A stretch of DNA of 64,000 nt, from the NCBI GenBank assembly GCA_950097015.1, contig CATNEN010000024.1, forward strand, positions 1,550,001 through 1,614,000. The letters run 5' to 3'. The translations under genes were made by a program, and so were the position numbers. How positions within the stretch are numbered: the stretch's first letter is position 1; each line of letters starts with the position of its first letter. The stretch comes from Macrostomum hystrix (Eukaryota > Animalia > Platyhelminthes). Positions 13,913 through 25,851 of this stretch are shown piece by piece. The notes under the pieces are model-generated. The model made no database searches. It was not told the origin of the DNA and saw only the letters and a list, made by a program, of their open reading frames with translations.

Positions 13913-16276
13913 TATTTGGGTACCCACAAAAGCCATTAAGCCCACACTAGAATAAATAGGATTATTATTCAATAGGTCCCATTGCCTCTATTGAAGATAA
14001 AGCCTATTTATTATTCTCCTATATTGAATTTACTGCACCCAAACCCCTGATTACATATGTCCAGCTTAGTATGGTCAACCTGTGATGTGATGGGGTAGTC
14101 ATTTGGCATTTGATATTAAGTGGCAAGAGATAGAAAAAATGGGTTGTTTATTTTAAATTCAGCATGTCAGAAAACCTATATAGCTACAGATTTATGACCC
14201 AACTAGAACTAGAAGTATTTTATTGGACTATGGTTCAAAAAGCTGCCATGTATTCATACAAAGCAGCAAAAACCAAAAATTAATATAAAAAATAATAATA
14301 AAGTCTAGATCTCGTAATTAAAATGTGGAGGGGCCAGATAGGTAGGCCCTACCATTCCTAGCCCTCTGTCCCCCATTCCTATCCCTATGTATAGACTGAA
14401 ATAGGCCCTACTGGTCATACTATACACTCTGTATGATACAGAGACATACCCTAGTCATAGATCTTAGAGATTTACTCTATAGACTGAAATACCAGTCAGA
14501 CAGACAGATCTTAGAGATTAATTATAGTATGTGTAGACCTATACTCTGATGTCATAGACTTATAGTAGTGTCACGACTTGTAGAGGTAGAGGGTTTCAAA
14601 GCAATTATTGATAAAGGAATTTTAAGGCATGGACAGGTTAGTAGGCCTATTTGATTGAAAACAATAGAAAAAAAACAAGAATAATATATTTAGGATTTAT
14701 TAACCTAACGGATTTGGTAAAAAAGCACTAAAAAAGACTAGGGCCTACTCACTACTGTCTAGATGAAAGAAGTCATAAAATTATTGTCTGGCTAGATGGC
14801 AATAAAGGGCACGTAGGCCATTTGCTGCTCTGCTTTAATAGCATCTACTACGGTTGTTAAACACTTTATCAAATTACGCACACTTAGGGCCTAATGTCAT
14901 TCGAAAGAGCTTTCTAAGCAATTGAAATTCATCATTCCATTACCATTCCTAGGCGCCCTTGATCGACAGTGATTGGGTTTTTGCTAATATAAAAATTAGA
15001 AAATAAGCCTAGGGTGCCTGCGTTGAAATTCAAGCGTGCAGGTGCATCAGAGCCTAGGTCAAAATCTTATGCATATGAACCAGGCTGGTTCAAAGCGCCT
15101 TACGACTCTAAACTATAGGCCTATAGTGCGGCCCTACATAAATGAGTTAGGCGGAGGGCGCTATAGAGACATAGACTCATAGAGCATTAACAATTAATAG
15201 GCCTAGCTAACGAGTTAGACCATGCATTGGTCTGCTTTGTCGAAGGCTATGGCCAAATCCGATTCTCTATATTCTTACGATTAAGCATTGACTTGTTTAT
15301 TTTATTTGGCATATTATATAGGCCTACAGCTAAATGTATTTATTCTTTAGTAGGGGCTAGCATGATACCTAGTTGGATTGATTCTTTGATAAATCATTTT
15401 TACCTATTAAAATAGGCCTATCTGCCAAGGGTATTGCTCAGGCTAACCTGTTTTGGTTTGCTAAAGTCCAAAAAACGTTTTCCATGTTGTAAAAAACGTT
15501 ACAAGTTCCTGTCTTGCTAGTAGGCCTACAGTTGTAGGCCTAGTGAAAATCAGCCTTTAATAAATTTTTCAAGAAACAAAGTGTCCTGTCCTTCTTCTAA
15601 TGGTCCTTGGTTAAATCCTGCCTGATGTGATGTGCATATTGGAAGTTTTTATGGATAACTTGTTGGAGCTTCATATGTTTTGATTGAGAAATAGGCCCTA
15701 TGCTAGGCCTAGGCCTACCTTTCATATGCATATGCATGTATGCATGTAACAACTAGGGGCCTATTCAAAGCTTGCTAGGTCTACTATATTAGTAGTACAA
15801 TTGGAATTATAACAGTTGCAAGCTCAACAAAAAAAGCTTGATACATTGAAAAAAACAAAGCAACAGGACAGACATATTGCTAATATTGGTTTTTAAACTA
15901 AGTAACTTCACTTTTGCCTGGCTACTCTTCAGCTAGCATTTGTAAATTAACTTTGATTTTGACTGTAGGGAGGGGATGCTCGTGTGTACCCAATTAGTAA
16001 TTTTGTATTGGATTTTTTATCTGGCATCAAACACTAGGCCTAATATAGGTCATAATAGGCCAACTTTCCATATATATATTTGATGTTTCAGGCAAGACAC
16101 CAAGTAGGAGACAAACAACAAAAAGAGCTTGTATTTTTCACTCCAATAAGATTAAAGCTTCAAGAGCAGCTAGATGTGAACTAGCAAGTTTTGCCCCCCC
16201 CCTTTGGGGAGCAGAAATATTTTTAATTCATCTATTATATACTTTTTAGCAGCAGAATTTACAGCTTTTTAATTCT

Positions 16277-17416
16277 ACAATGATCCCCCAGTTGACAATG
16301 ATCCCCCAGTTGACAATGATCCCCCAGTTTACAATGATCCACAGTTGACAATGATCCCCCAGTTGACAATGATCCCCCAGTTGACAATGATACCCAGTTG
16401 ACAATGATCCCCCAGTTGACAATGATACCCCAGTTGATGATGATCCCCCAGTTGACAATGATCCCCCAGTTTACAATGATCCCCCAGTTGACAATGATTC
16501 CCCAGTCGACAATGATTCCCTAGTTGACAATGATCCCCCAATTGATGATGATCACCCAGTTGACAATAATCCCCCAGTTGATGATGACTCCCCATTGATG
16601 AAGATCCCCAGTTGATGATGATCACCCAGTTGACAATGATCCCCAAGTTGACCATGATCCCCCATTTGATGATGATTCCCCAGTCAACAATGATTCCCCA
16701 GTTGACAATGATCCCCCAATTGATGATGATCACCCAGTTGACAATGATCCCCCAGTTGATGATGACTCCCCATTGATGAAGATCCCCAGTTGACAATGAT
16801 CCCCCAGTTGACAATGATCCCCCAGTTGACAATGATCCCCCAGTTGACAATGATCCCCCAGTTGATGATGACTCCCCATTGATGATGACCCCCAGTTGAA
16901 AATGTTCCCCCAGTTGACAATAATCCTCCAGTTGACAATGATCCCCAGTTTACAATGATCCCCCAGTTTACAATGATCCCATAGTTGACAATGATCCCCT
17001 AGTTGACAATGATCCCCCAGTTGACAATGATCCCCCTGTTGACAATGATACCCAGTTGACAATGATCCCCCAGTTGACAATGATACCCCAGTTGATGATG
17101 ATCCCCCAGTTGACAATGATCCCCCAGTTTACAATGATCCCCCAGTTGACAATGATTCCCCAGTCAACAATGATTCCCCAGTTGACAATGATCCCCCAAT
17201 TGATGATGATCACCCAGTTGACAATGATCCCCCAGTTGATGATGACTCCCCATTGATGAAGATCCCCAGTTGATGATGATCCCCCAGTTGACAATGATCC
17301 CCCAGTTGACAATGATCCCCCAGTTGACAATGATCCCCCAGTTGACGATTATCCCGCAGTTTACCATGATCCCCTATTTTATGAAGACTCCCCAGTTGAC
17401 AATGTTCCCCAGTTGA
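16277..17416. repeat. 18-bp minisatellite (~63 units, many variants)
   Basis: Unit TGACAATGATCCCCCAGT with internal block duplications. Confidence 0.95.
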
Positions 17417-17577
17417 ATTTTTTATTAGCTGCTATTGTAGAAAATTGAGAAGAACAACATTAGTTGAATATCAGACAAAATTATTTTCATACAAATGTAT
17501 ATCATTATGACGTTATATGATAACAAAAGCTAAATATAGAGAATTCATCAATGGCAAAAAATTTTGCTATGATTCAC

Positions 17578-17868
17578 ACCCTGGTTTAGCCATGATTCAA
17601 ACTCTGGTTTAGCCATGATTCAGACTCTGGTTTAGCCATGATTCAAACGCTGGTTTAGCCATGATTCAAACTCTGGTTTAGCCATGATTCAAACTCTGGT
17701 TTAGCCATGATTCAAACTCTGGTTTAGCCATAATTCAAACTCTGGTTTAGCCATGATTCAAACTCTGGTTTTGCCATGAATTAAACTCTGGTTTAGCCAT
17801 GATTCAGACTTTGGTTTAGCCATGATTTAAACTCTATTTTTGCAATGATTCAAACTCAGGTTTGCTAT
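17578..17868. repeat. 23-bp minisatellite (~12 copies)
   Basis: Unit CTCTGGTTTAGCCATGATTCAAA. Confidence 0.95.
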
Positions 17869-17919
17869 GATTTATGATATTTTATTTATGATATGAAAAA
17901 ATAAATTAAAAAAAGCTCC

Positions 17920-19149
17920 CAAATCTGGCCCGTTATAGTATCTTGTTTCATCTCCTGTGTCTCATCTCTCCCGTGTCTCATCTCTCCCGTGTCTCATCTC
18001 TCCCGTGTCTCATCTCTCTCGTGTCTCATCTCTCCCGTGTCTCATCTCTCTCGTGTCTCATCTCTCTCGTGTCTCATCTCTCCCGTGTCTCATCTCTCTC
18101 GTGTCTCATCTCTCCCGTGTCTCATCTCTCCCGTGTCTTATCTCTCTCGTGTCTCATCTCTCCCGTGTCTCATCTCTCTCGTGTCTCATCTCTCCCGTGT
18201 CTCATCTCTCCCGTGTCTCATCTCTCCCGTGTCTCATCTCTCGTGTGTCTCATCTCTCCCTTGTCTCATCTCTCCCGTGTCTCATCTCTCTCGTGTCTCA
18301 TCTCTCCCGTGTCTCATCTCTCCCGTGTCTCATCTCTCTCGTGTCTCATCTCTCCCGTGTCTCATCTCTCTCGTGTCTCATCTCTCCCGTGTCTCATCTC
18401 TCTCGTGTCTCATCTCTCCCGTGTCTCATCTCTCCCGTGTCTCATCTCTCCCGTGTCTCATCTCTCTCGTGTCTCATCTCTCCCGTGTCTCATCTCTCTC
18501 GTGTCTCATCTCTCCCGTGTCTCATCTCTCCCGTGTCTTATCTCTCTCGTGTCTCATCTCTCCCGTGTCTCATCTCTCTCGTGTCTCATCTCTCCCGTGT
18601 CTCATCTCTCCCGTGTCTCATCTCTCCCGTGTCTCATCTCTCGTGTGTCTCATCTCTCCCTTGTCTCATCTCTCCCGTGTCTCATCTCTCTCGTGTCTCA
18701 TCTCTCCCGTGTCTCATCTCTCGTGTGTCTCATCTCTCCCTTGTCTCATCTCTCCCGTGTCTCATCTCTCTCGTGTCTCATCTCTCCCGTGTCTCATCTC
18801 TCCCGTGTCTCATCTCTCGTGTGTCTCATCTCTCTCGTGTCTCATCTCTCCCGTGTCTCATCTCTCCCGTGTCTCATCTCTCGTGTGTCTCATCTCTCCC
18901 TTGTCTCATCTCTCCCGTGTCTCATCTCTCCCGTGTCTTATCTCTCTCGTGTCTCATCTCTCCAGTGTCTCATCTCTCTCGTGTCTGATCTCTCCCGTGA
19001 CTTATCTCTCCCTTGTCTCATCTCTCGTGTGTTTTATCTCTCCTGTGTCTCATGTCTCCCCTATCTCACATTTCTACAATCAATGCAGCCCGCTGTCGTC
19101 TTTTACGTTTTCTATTTGGCCCGCTAGCTAATAAGTTTGCCGACCCCTG
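17920..19149 (-). mobile_element. hAT (Charlie-like) MITE with one intact TIR, carrying an internal satellite
   Basis: The minus strand begins CAGGGGTCGGCAAAC (19149-19135), then GCGGGCCAAATAG. The far side has the subterminal GGGCCAGATTTGG (~17920-17932) but no second TIR. Flank CTGTAGAC has a central TA. Family assignment is from recalled hAT MITE termini. Confidence 0.6.
17946..19066. repeat. 16-bp satellite (~70 units) with 400-bp higher-order period
   Basis: Unit GTGTCTCATCTCTC(C/T)C; the variant CTTA recurs at 18137, 18537 and 18937. Confidence 0.96.
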
Positions 19150-19487
19150 CTGTAGACAAACAAAAGCACTTGGCTTTTGACAAGTTTGCAGAGCAATCAT
19201 TTTCAGTGGTCTTGTGTATCAGTCTTTTGGCATTGATGCATCAGTTCGTACAAAGCCTGTTAACTTAGACAAACCTCTTGTATTTGTGCTAGTGACTTTG
19301 CTGCAGTTCTTGCTGCGCGCATCTCTGCAGTCCTAGGTGATGGTGTTGCTGCAGTTCTTGCTGAGTGCTATTGTCTCTTCGCCTAGAGTGATAATGTTTC
19401 TATCAAGCTCAAATGACTGATTAAAACCCTACCCTCGACCCTGAACACTGCTAGCACAAATCACCAGGTTAATGAGCATGCATCTCC

Positions 19488-20174
19488 ATGGGATTTAATA
19501 ACAATTATCTTAGCCCACTAAAATGCTTGCAGGGTGCTGTAAAGCTTCTGCTGCTGGCCCTGGTGCCAGTAGTTCTATGCCTGCAGCTGCAGCACCTGCT
19601 CCTAACTGCCCAGCCAGCCATTAATGAGGCTCAGCTTCACGCTGTGGCCAGGAAGCATGCAGTTCAGTTGCTAAGCATTGAGCGGGCTTACAAAGCTGTA
19701 GTTGCTGACCTGGAGGCCAACTTCCCGTCTGTGAAATTCCTGCCACCGGAGCGGCGCGAATGGATCTTCATCAACGCCGGCGGCTGGATGGGTGCAGTGC
19801 ATCTGCTGTACGCCTCCTTCACCGAGTACGTGCTGCTGTTTGGCACCGCTGTGGACACCAGCGGACACTCGGGTCGCTACTTTGCCAACGTGTCGGACAC
19901 TCTGCTCTCTGGCAGCTTTATCCAGTGGAAGGAGGGAAGCCTTGACACCAATAGTTACAAGGCTGGCGACACTGTCTATCATGCCTGGGGCGAGGCCACT
20001 GCCGTACAATGGTCCGGCGGTACCTGGATGGTGGAATATGGCCGTGGACTGCTGCCCACAACCCTGCCCTTTGCCCTGGCCGATTCAGTGTTCTCTACTC
20101 TGGACTGGTACTCGGCCTATAAACTGGTGCGGCTCTACTCTCTTGCACTGTTGCGCTGCTATGGCATTATTTAA
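19488..20174 (+). CDS. SIGMAR1: Sigma non-opioid intracellular receptor 1 (ERG2/sigma-1 family), single exon, 228 aa
   Basis: N-terminal TM segment; motifs EWIFINAGGWMG, YASFTEYVLLFGTA, GHSGRY, SDTLLSG, WMVEYGRG (ligand-binding Glu) and FALADSVFST. Confidence 0.95.
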   Translation: MGFNNNYLSPLKCLQGAVKLLLLALVPVVLCLQLQHLLLTAQPAINEAQLHAVARKHAVQLLSIERAYKAVVADLEANFPSVKFLPPERREWIFINAGGWMGAVHLLYASFTEYVLLFGTAVDTSGHSGRYFANVSDTLLSGSFIQWKEGSLDTNSYKAGDTVYHAWGEATAVQWSGGTWMVEYGRGLLPTTLPFALADSVFSTLDWYSAYKLVRLYSLALLRCYGII

Positions 20175-20720
20175 ACTATTCCCGCTGGTTGCTATGGCAT
20201 TATTTAAACTATTCCCACTGGTTGCTATGGCATTATTTAAACTATTCCCACTGGTTGCTATGGCATTATTTAAACTATTCCCACTGGTTGCTATGGCATT
20301 ATTTAAACTATTCCCACTGGTTGCTATGGCATTATTTAAACTATTCCCGCTGGTTGCTATGACATTATTTAAACTATCCCCCGCTGCTGGTTGCTATGGG
20401 ATTATTTAAACTATTCCCACTGGTTGCTATGACATTATTTAAACTATCCCCCGCTGCTGGTTGCTATGGCAGTATTTAAACTATTCCCGCTGGTTGCTAT
20501 GACATTATTTAAACTATCCCCCGCTGCTGGTTGCTATGGCATTATTTAAACTATTCCCGCTGGTTGCTATGACATTATTTAAACTATCCCCCGCTGCTGG
20601 TTGCTATGGCATTATATAAACTATTTCCGCTGCTGGTTGCTATGACAGTATTTAAACTATCCCCCGCTGCTGGTTGCTATGACATTTTGGATATATTTTC
20701 AGTGGTTGCTTTGGCATAAT
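20156..20720. repeat. 33/36-bp minisatellite (~16 copies) overlapping the SIGMAR1 stop codon
   Basis: Unit GTTGCTATGGCATTATTTAAACTATTCCC(A/G)CTG; 36-bp variants occur in the distal half. Confidence 0.93.
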
Positions 20721-21636
20721 TAAAACTATCTGCTGGTTTTTCAGGTATAATTTAACCGTTGTGAATTAGACCCCTACCTGTCTGTCGCCATGAATATAAA
20801 CCTTTACTGTGTCGTGTCTGCTAGCAGTAAATTATCAAAACCGCTGTGATTAGCTGTGTCATGGAATTAAGTTTAACTTACAAATGGGCATTGCTAAGAT
20901 TATTATTTTTTTTCTTTCGTTGTAAGTCAGAGAATGATTTTTCAGTCACAATTTTATCAAAAACTACAAGGCGCATAATCTAAATGCAGATAATTTAAAT
21001 GTTTTTAGTAAAAATAGTTTTTCTTCTTAACATTCGTCGGTATATTGTTGTGCATTCTATCGAATTATATCGAAGAGTTATACCAATAAATAATTGCTCT
21101 ACTTCATAACATGCAGCACATTAGTCAACCTCTTTCTGGTCAAGGCTATATTGCATTCGGAAATCGTTAAAGTACTACTGAAGTCATATTCAATTGCCTG
21201 CTAAATCTAAATCCATGTTGCCCAAGGCCGGTTGCACTTAGACCATTTTCAGATTTCTCTGATGAAAATTATTGCTTTTGCTTATTTGTCTAGAATTATT
21301 TTCATGTTTTTTTCAGGTACTTATATTGATCAATGCGATGGCTGGCTCTTCATGGCTATCAGTCACACTTCCTTATTTGCAATCCAATCATTTATTTTTA
21401 TTAAAATTTAATGCCCCCATCACCATTACTAAAAAAGGTAACAAAATGGAGACTATAACAAACAAGTATAGAAGTTCCTGAAAATGTTATGCATAAGCAA
21501 TTTCAGAGTTGCATTAATTATTTTATTTAGTAAAAAAATTAACCTAACCACATACAGCCAATGATCCAGGTCCGGTTTTGTTGCATCTCACTCACAATCA
21601 AGCGGGCCATTATGAATTGTGAGCAGATTCTCAAAA

Positions 21637-22008
21637 CTATTCATTCTTTCCGTACCACATTGCGTACTTGTCACTGAACTGGTGATAGTGATAGTGCGGA
21701 ATCTTCTCCGGCTGGCTGAACTCCATCCGCTTCAACTTGTAGATGGGCTGGTTGCTCTGGAATTTTTTTATTACCGCCTGCAGTCTCCACAGCTTGGCTA
21801 AGGGCCCTTCAACACTGACTTTCACATAGTACTTGTAGTAGAGCTCTTCGAATTGGATAGCGCCTCGCAAGGCCAATTCGCTGGCGTGTTTAAAAAACAC
21901 CTTGCTGAAGCACTCCTGCAGCCAGTGGGCCGCCTCTTTCGAGCTGTCCTCAAAACTGACATGGATCCTCATTCGGTACAGGTTTCTAGAGTCTGTGCTG
22001 GTCTTCAT
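21637..22008 (-). CDS. Small orphan protein (123 aa), possible acylphosphatase-like/ferredoxin-like fold
   Basis: ATG at 22008, stop at 21639-21637, AATAAA about 115 nt downstream on the minus strand, and an acceptor-like GTGCAG just upstream. The fold guess rests only on the pattern KHASELALRGAIQ...VKVSVEGPLAKL. Confidence 0.55.
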   Translation of the reverse strand: MKTSTDSRNLYRMRIHVSFEDSSKEAAHWLQECFSKVFFKHASELALRGAIQFEELYYKYYVKVSVEGPLAKLWRLQAVIKKFQSNQPIYKLKRMEFSQPEKIPHYHYHQFSDKYAMWYGKNE

Positions 22009-22719
22009 TTGGCCCTGCACGCTCGATCGCAAAAGCGTGCATGAAGTAAAGAAAATCGATGCCTCGTCCCAATAATTTATTTTTCTCTGCGCATGGTGTG
22101 TAACATTTTGCCTACTTTATTCTTCCTTGTTTCGCTATAATTGTCGTATAGAACAAGCACACTGCTCTGACGCATGTGATTGTCTAACGATTAAAGAGGA
22201 AAACTTTACCATAGACTATTGGTCATTTTTTGTTTCGTACTGCGTGCAGACATTTTTTCTGACAGGGATTAAGCACAAAACGGGCTCGAAAATAGAACAG
22301 TGCATAAATAAGCGCACGGTACATATAACAAGTGATAATCGTCACAATGGTACAACAACAAGAGGTATCATCAAAGATTTGCTCCTTTTAGGCCATAGCG
22401 ACAGCAAAGTATAATGCTAATTGTTTAACCGTAAGTTTGGTTAACAATAATTCTTCAGTTTAGATCGCCATCTATTTTATATCGAATCGACAGCATGACA
22501 ATCTTCTCGGCACTGTAATAAGTCGGAGAAAAATCATGCCTTGCCACGTATACACTGTTTCTTGAGTGCTGTTACGTCAGTGTAACTTGACGTTTGTTGC
22601 TAAAACTTAGCCTCAAGAGACGATAAATATGAGGTTGGCATTCGAGTTTGATTCATAAATTACATCTATAATGGAACTATACTATTGGGGGTTGTAGTCT
22701 AGTCGTTAGAGAGTCCGTG

Positions 22720-22802
22720 GATTTGGGAACTCGACCGTACGCAGCCTTCAGATGTGCGCATTGCAATAGCTGCGGCTCTGCTCTCGGCTGCACATCAGAA
22801 AA
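22720..22802 (+). mobile_element. SINE 3'-tail fragment
   Basis: CCGTACGCAGCCTTCAGATGTGCGCATTGCAATAGCTGCGGCTCTGCTCTCGGCTGCACATC matches the tail of the SINE at 28300. Confidence 0.75.
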
Positions 22803-25800
22803 AACCATGAAACTGCAGCTATACCTTTGTATCCTTGTTTTTTTCTTGTCGAATCCACCGATGTTTACGAAATTGCTGGCTTTTTTTTCAACCGATTCCA
22901 ATTCCATTCTGCTGAAAGTTGTGGCGAAAATATGTTTATTAACGCTGCTTCAAAGGCCATACAGCAGTTGATTGCGGAGGTGGTACAAACGGATTGCCCG
23001 GCAGACCTTCCCCATTTAGGTGAGAAAGTTCACGTCGTGAAGATGTGTCTGGAACAACCGCTAAAGGACAGTTACATGCGGCCTGTCATTCAGTGGAATT
23101 TTCGCTCCCTCTAGATTATCTGGTTATCTATCGGTCGCACAGACAGCATGCAGCGACAACCAATGCTTTGAATCAATGTGCCCATAGCATTGTGGCCAAG
23201 CTACTGTGGCTGATTTAATCAGATTCTGTCCATGTCCAAACAGGTTTCCTGCCCACCCACCATGCGGCAGGCTCAACTGTGCTGGGCCCCAGCTGTATAT
23301 TCCCCTTGGCTTTTTCCACTTCCCCAATCCGACTGGACCGGCTCAGACCGTTACGGAGGCTGCAAAAGTTGACAAGCCGCGTGATGGCGAGGCGAAGAGA
23401 CAGTCGGCAAGCTGGCTGCATGCACATTATAATGATTTACTGCAGTCTCTAAGCCATCTAGCCCCTGTCCTAATGCACATTTTATTCATTGTACTCCCAA
23501 AGACGAATATTGAAAAATAAGTTTTACCTAAAGAGTATTGAGGTGGCCTAGTATAAAGTGTCAATAAGAACGAAAATATAAAGCCGATTTTTTTTAATCC
23601 ACCCACCCCCTCCGGTCACCAAGCTTTTGTCTATATGGCACAAGTTGTGGCCAATGCTCAAAAATACGAGTACACATAGAAAAATACAAGTAGCTAATGT
23701 AGCTAGACTAATGCCATGTATGCTTAAAACGTCCTCAAGACTTTATTTCTGCATCTATACTGTAACCGTACGTACATTGATTGCATTGTGTAAGTAGAAA
23801 AGTAGTTGAGCAGGATTCTTGCAGCAGTCGGAAAGCAAAAGAACAGAAGTGATAAACAGGCAGAGTGAAGGTGCAGCAGTGGGAAAAGCAAAAAACATTA
23901 GTTTAAACTTAGTTTAAGCTCTGAAATGCATTGCGCTCAGCGCTAAGCAAGCTGTGGTTTGGCCATAGAACAATAAGAGAGGCTATTGGAATTGAGATAA
24001 CAGTTTTTCTTATTTCAAAGGCTCATAGCTAATTTGAGACAAAAATCTGTCAACATTAAGTGTGTACATTTGTGTAACTATCGATGAATAGAACTCCCCA
24101 ACTCAAAGATACGATCGTATAGTAGTCCTATTGCGTTCTTCTCGTTTTTGCCTAAATTAATCTCTTTCCATTCCAGGAGACTTTCCAGAAATTTTATCTC
24201 TATTCTCATAATACACCTTTACTTGATTAGAAAGTGACTGTAAAATTGAGTTGGTCACTAGATAGCTATTGACTAGCTGTTGTGCTTTATGATAAATCAA
24301 CGAAATTCGAAAATGTAATGAAGATCGATTATTCATAAATGAATTAGCTTTCTAAAATTCGGTGAAGCAGCTTGTTTTGCAAGATATATTAAAAGAGCAG
24401 CATTGGATCTGCTTCCAGTAAAAAGTTATCAATATTTTTATGTGAAAACGTATAAAGTTCCTATCTAGCCAGTGCATTTTCCCGTGAAAATCTGCCTTCA
24501 ATAAATTTTCCAAGAAACGAAGTGGTCCGTCCTTCATCTTCGAGTGGTCCTTGATTTGACATTCAAGTCCCACAATATTTTGCGCAATTTCTGGGTTTCT
24601 CCGTATTTAATATGCATAGCGATTGGTCCTAATCTCGGCCGAGATCCCAAATCCCAAACAGAGGTGTCGCGTATGATGTGAATTGATACAATGATGGCGT
24701 GTTAAAAGCTGCGCCGTGTTCGATCGTACCCCTGCACAATGTCCCAAAGCCAATGCGCTATGTACCAAGCACCAATCACCATGTAATGCACAACTTACCA
24801 AGCAATATCGCCAAGTATCTTTCCTCACTATGAGCAAGATAATCCAGGCTGTTTTTCTCACCGACAGATGTTATTTTTGTTATTTGGCTCTTCCTCTTTC
24901 TCTCGCACTGCAGTTCTCCTGTCTTGCATTTCGGCGAAAATAAAGTTTTGAGTTTTTTGGTTGCTTCAGTAATATAGTCCTTTCTCACGCGAGTAACTAT
25001 TCCTTTTGCATTTCCCATCTCGCTTTACCAAGTGAGTATATTCTCTGCACTTAAGCGCAAACCCCGCGCTGTGGAGGAGGCTCGCCTGGCCATTCCGTGC
25101 TGCAAGACAATGGCGCTCGCCCACGCAACACTCGATCCAATGGTCCCGCCACGCCGAGCCGAGGTCCGCCTACCCAGCTAGGCTCCGCAGTTATAAAGGC
25201 CGGGCGGGTAGCAATCGTCGGGCTGCTGGCAAGGGCTTGCCTGGAAGCGGAGCAATAATCAGTTTAGTATCTGGGGGGCTGTAAAAGCGGACTAGCGCTG
25301 TTTGCGCTGGGTGAGCTGTGCTTGGCTTGCCTATAACCGCTAATCGAATAAGCGACTCGGCTGTTGATCGGAGCTAGGCCTCTGGTGTCTATGCTGGCCA
25401 TACACAGGCCAGCCAAATCCCCATGTATGCGTGTATGCTGAAATTCAAAAGAGGAGCTTAGATACTTCTGCGTCAGACGTGTGCCATTCGCAATGCTACA
25501 GGAATCGGGCCCTTGGGATTTTGTTGTATGCGAGGCTATAGGCCTATTCCTTTCTTGGTTACTGTACAGCTATAGCTCATAAACTGTCGTAAAGAGTAGA
25601 GCTCGCATTATGACAGTCTGTACTTGTAATAATTTGCTCTCTTGTTTGGCCATTGCTTAGAGTACGACTCAAGCTCAGCTGTGGGGCGGGGACAATTGCA
25701 CAGTATAGAGTGGCTTATTCAACTAAAATCCTAATTATGCTGCAATGCGTATAAAGTCCTTTTCGATCCTAGAAATAGCAGAGAAAGTCAGCACTCCCTA

Positions 25801-25851
25801 ATCAAACAGTCCAAAAGTGCGCTTTGAGGGCCGCCAACCCCTGCTTGTCCT

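Noticed and set aside
24350-25020. Overlapping short minus-strand ORFs suggesting a decayed gene or transposase
   Set aside because: No recognisable motif; they cannot be assigned without a search.
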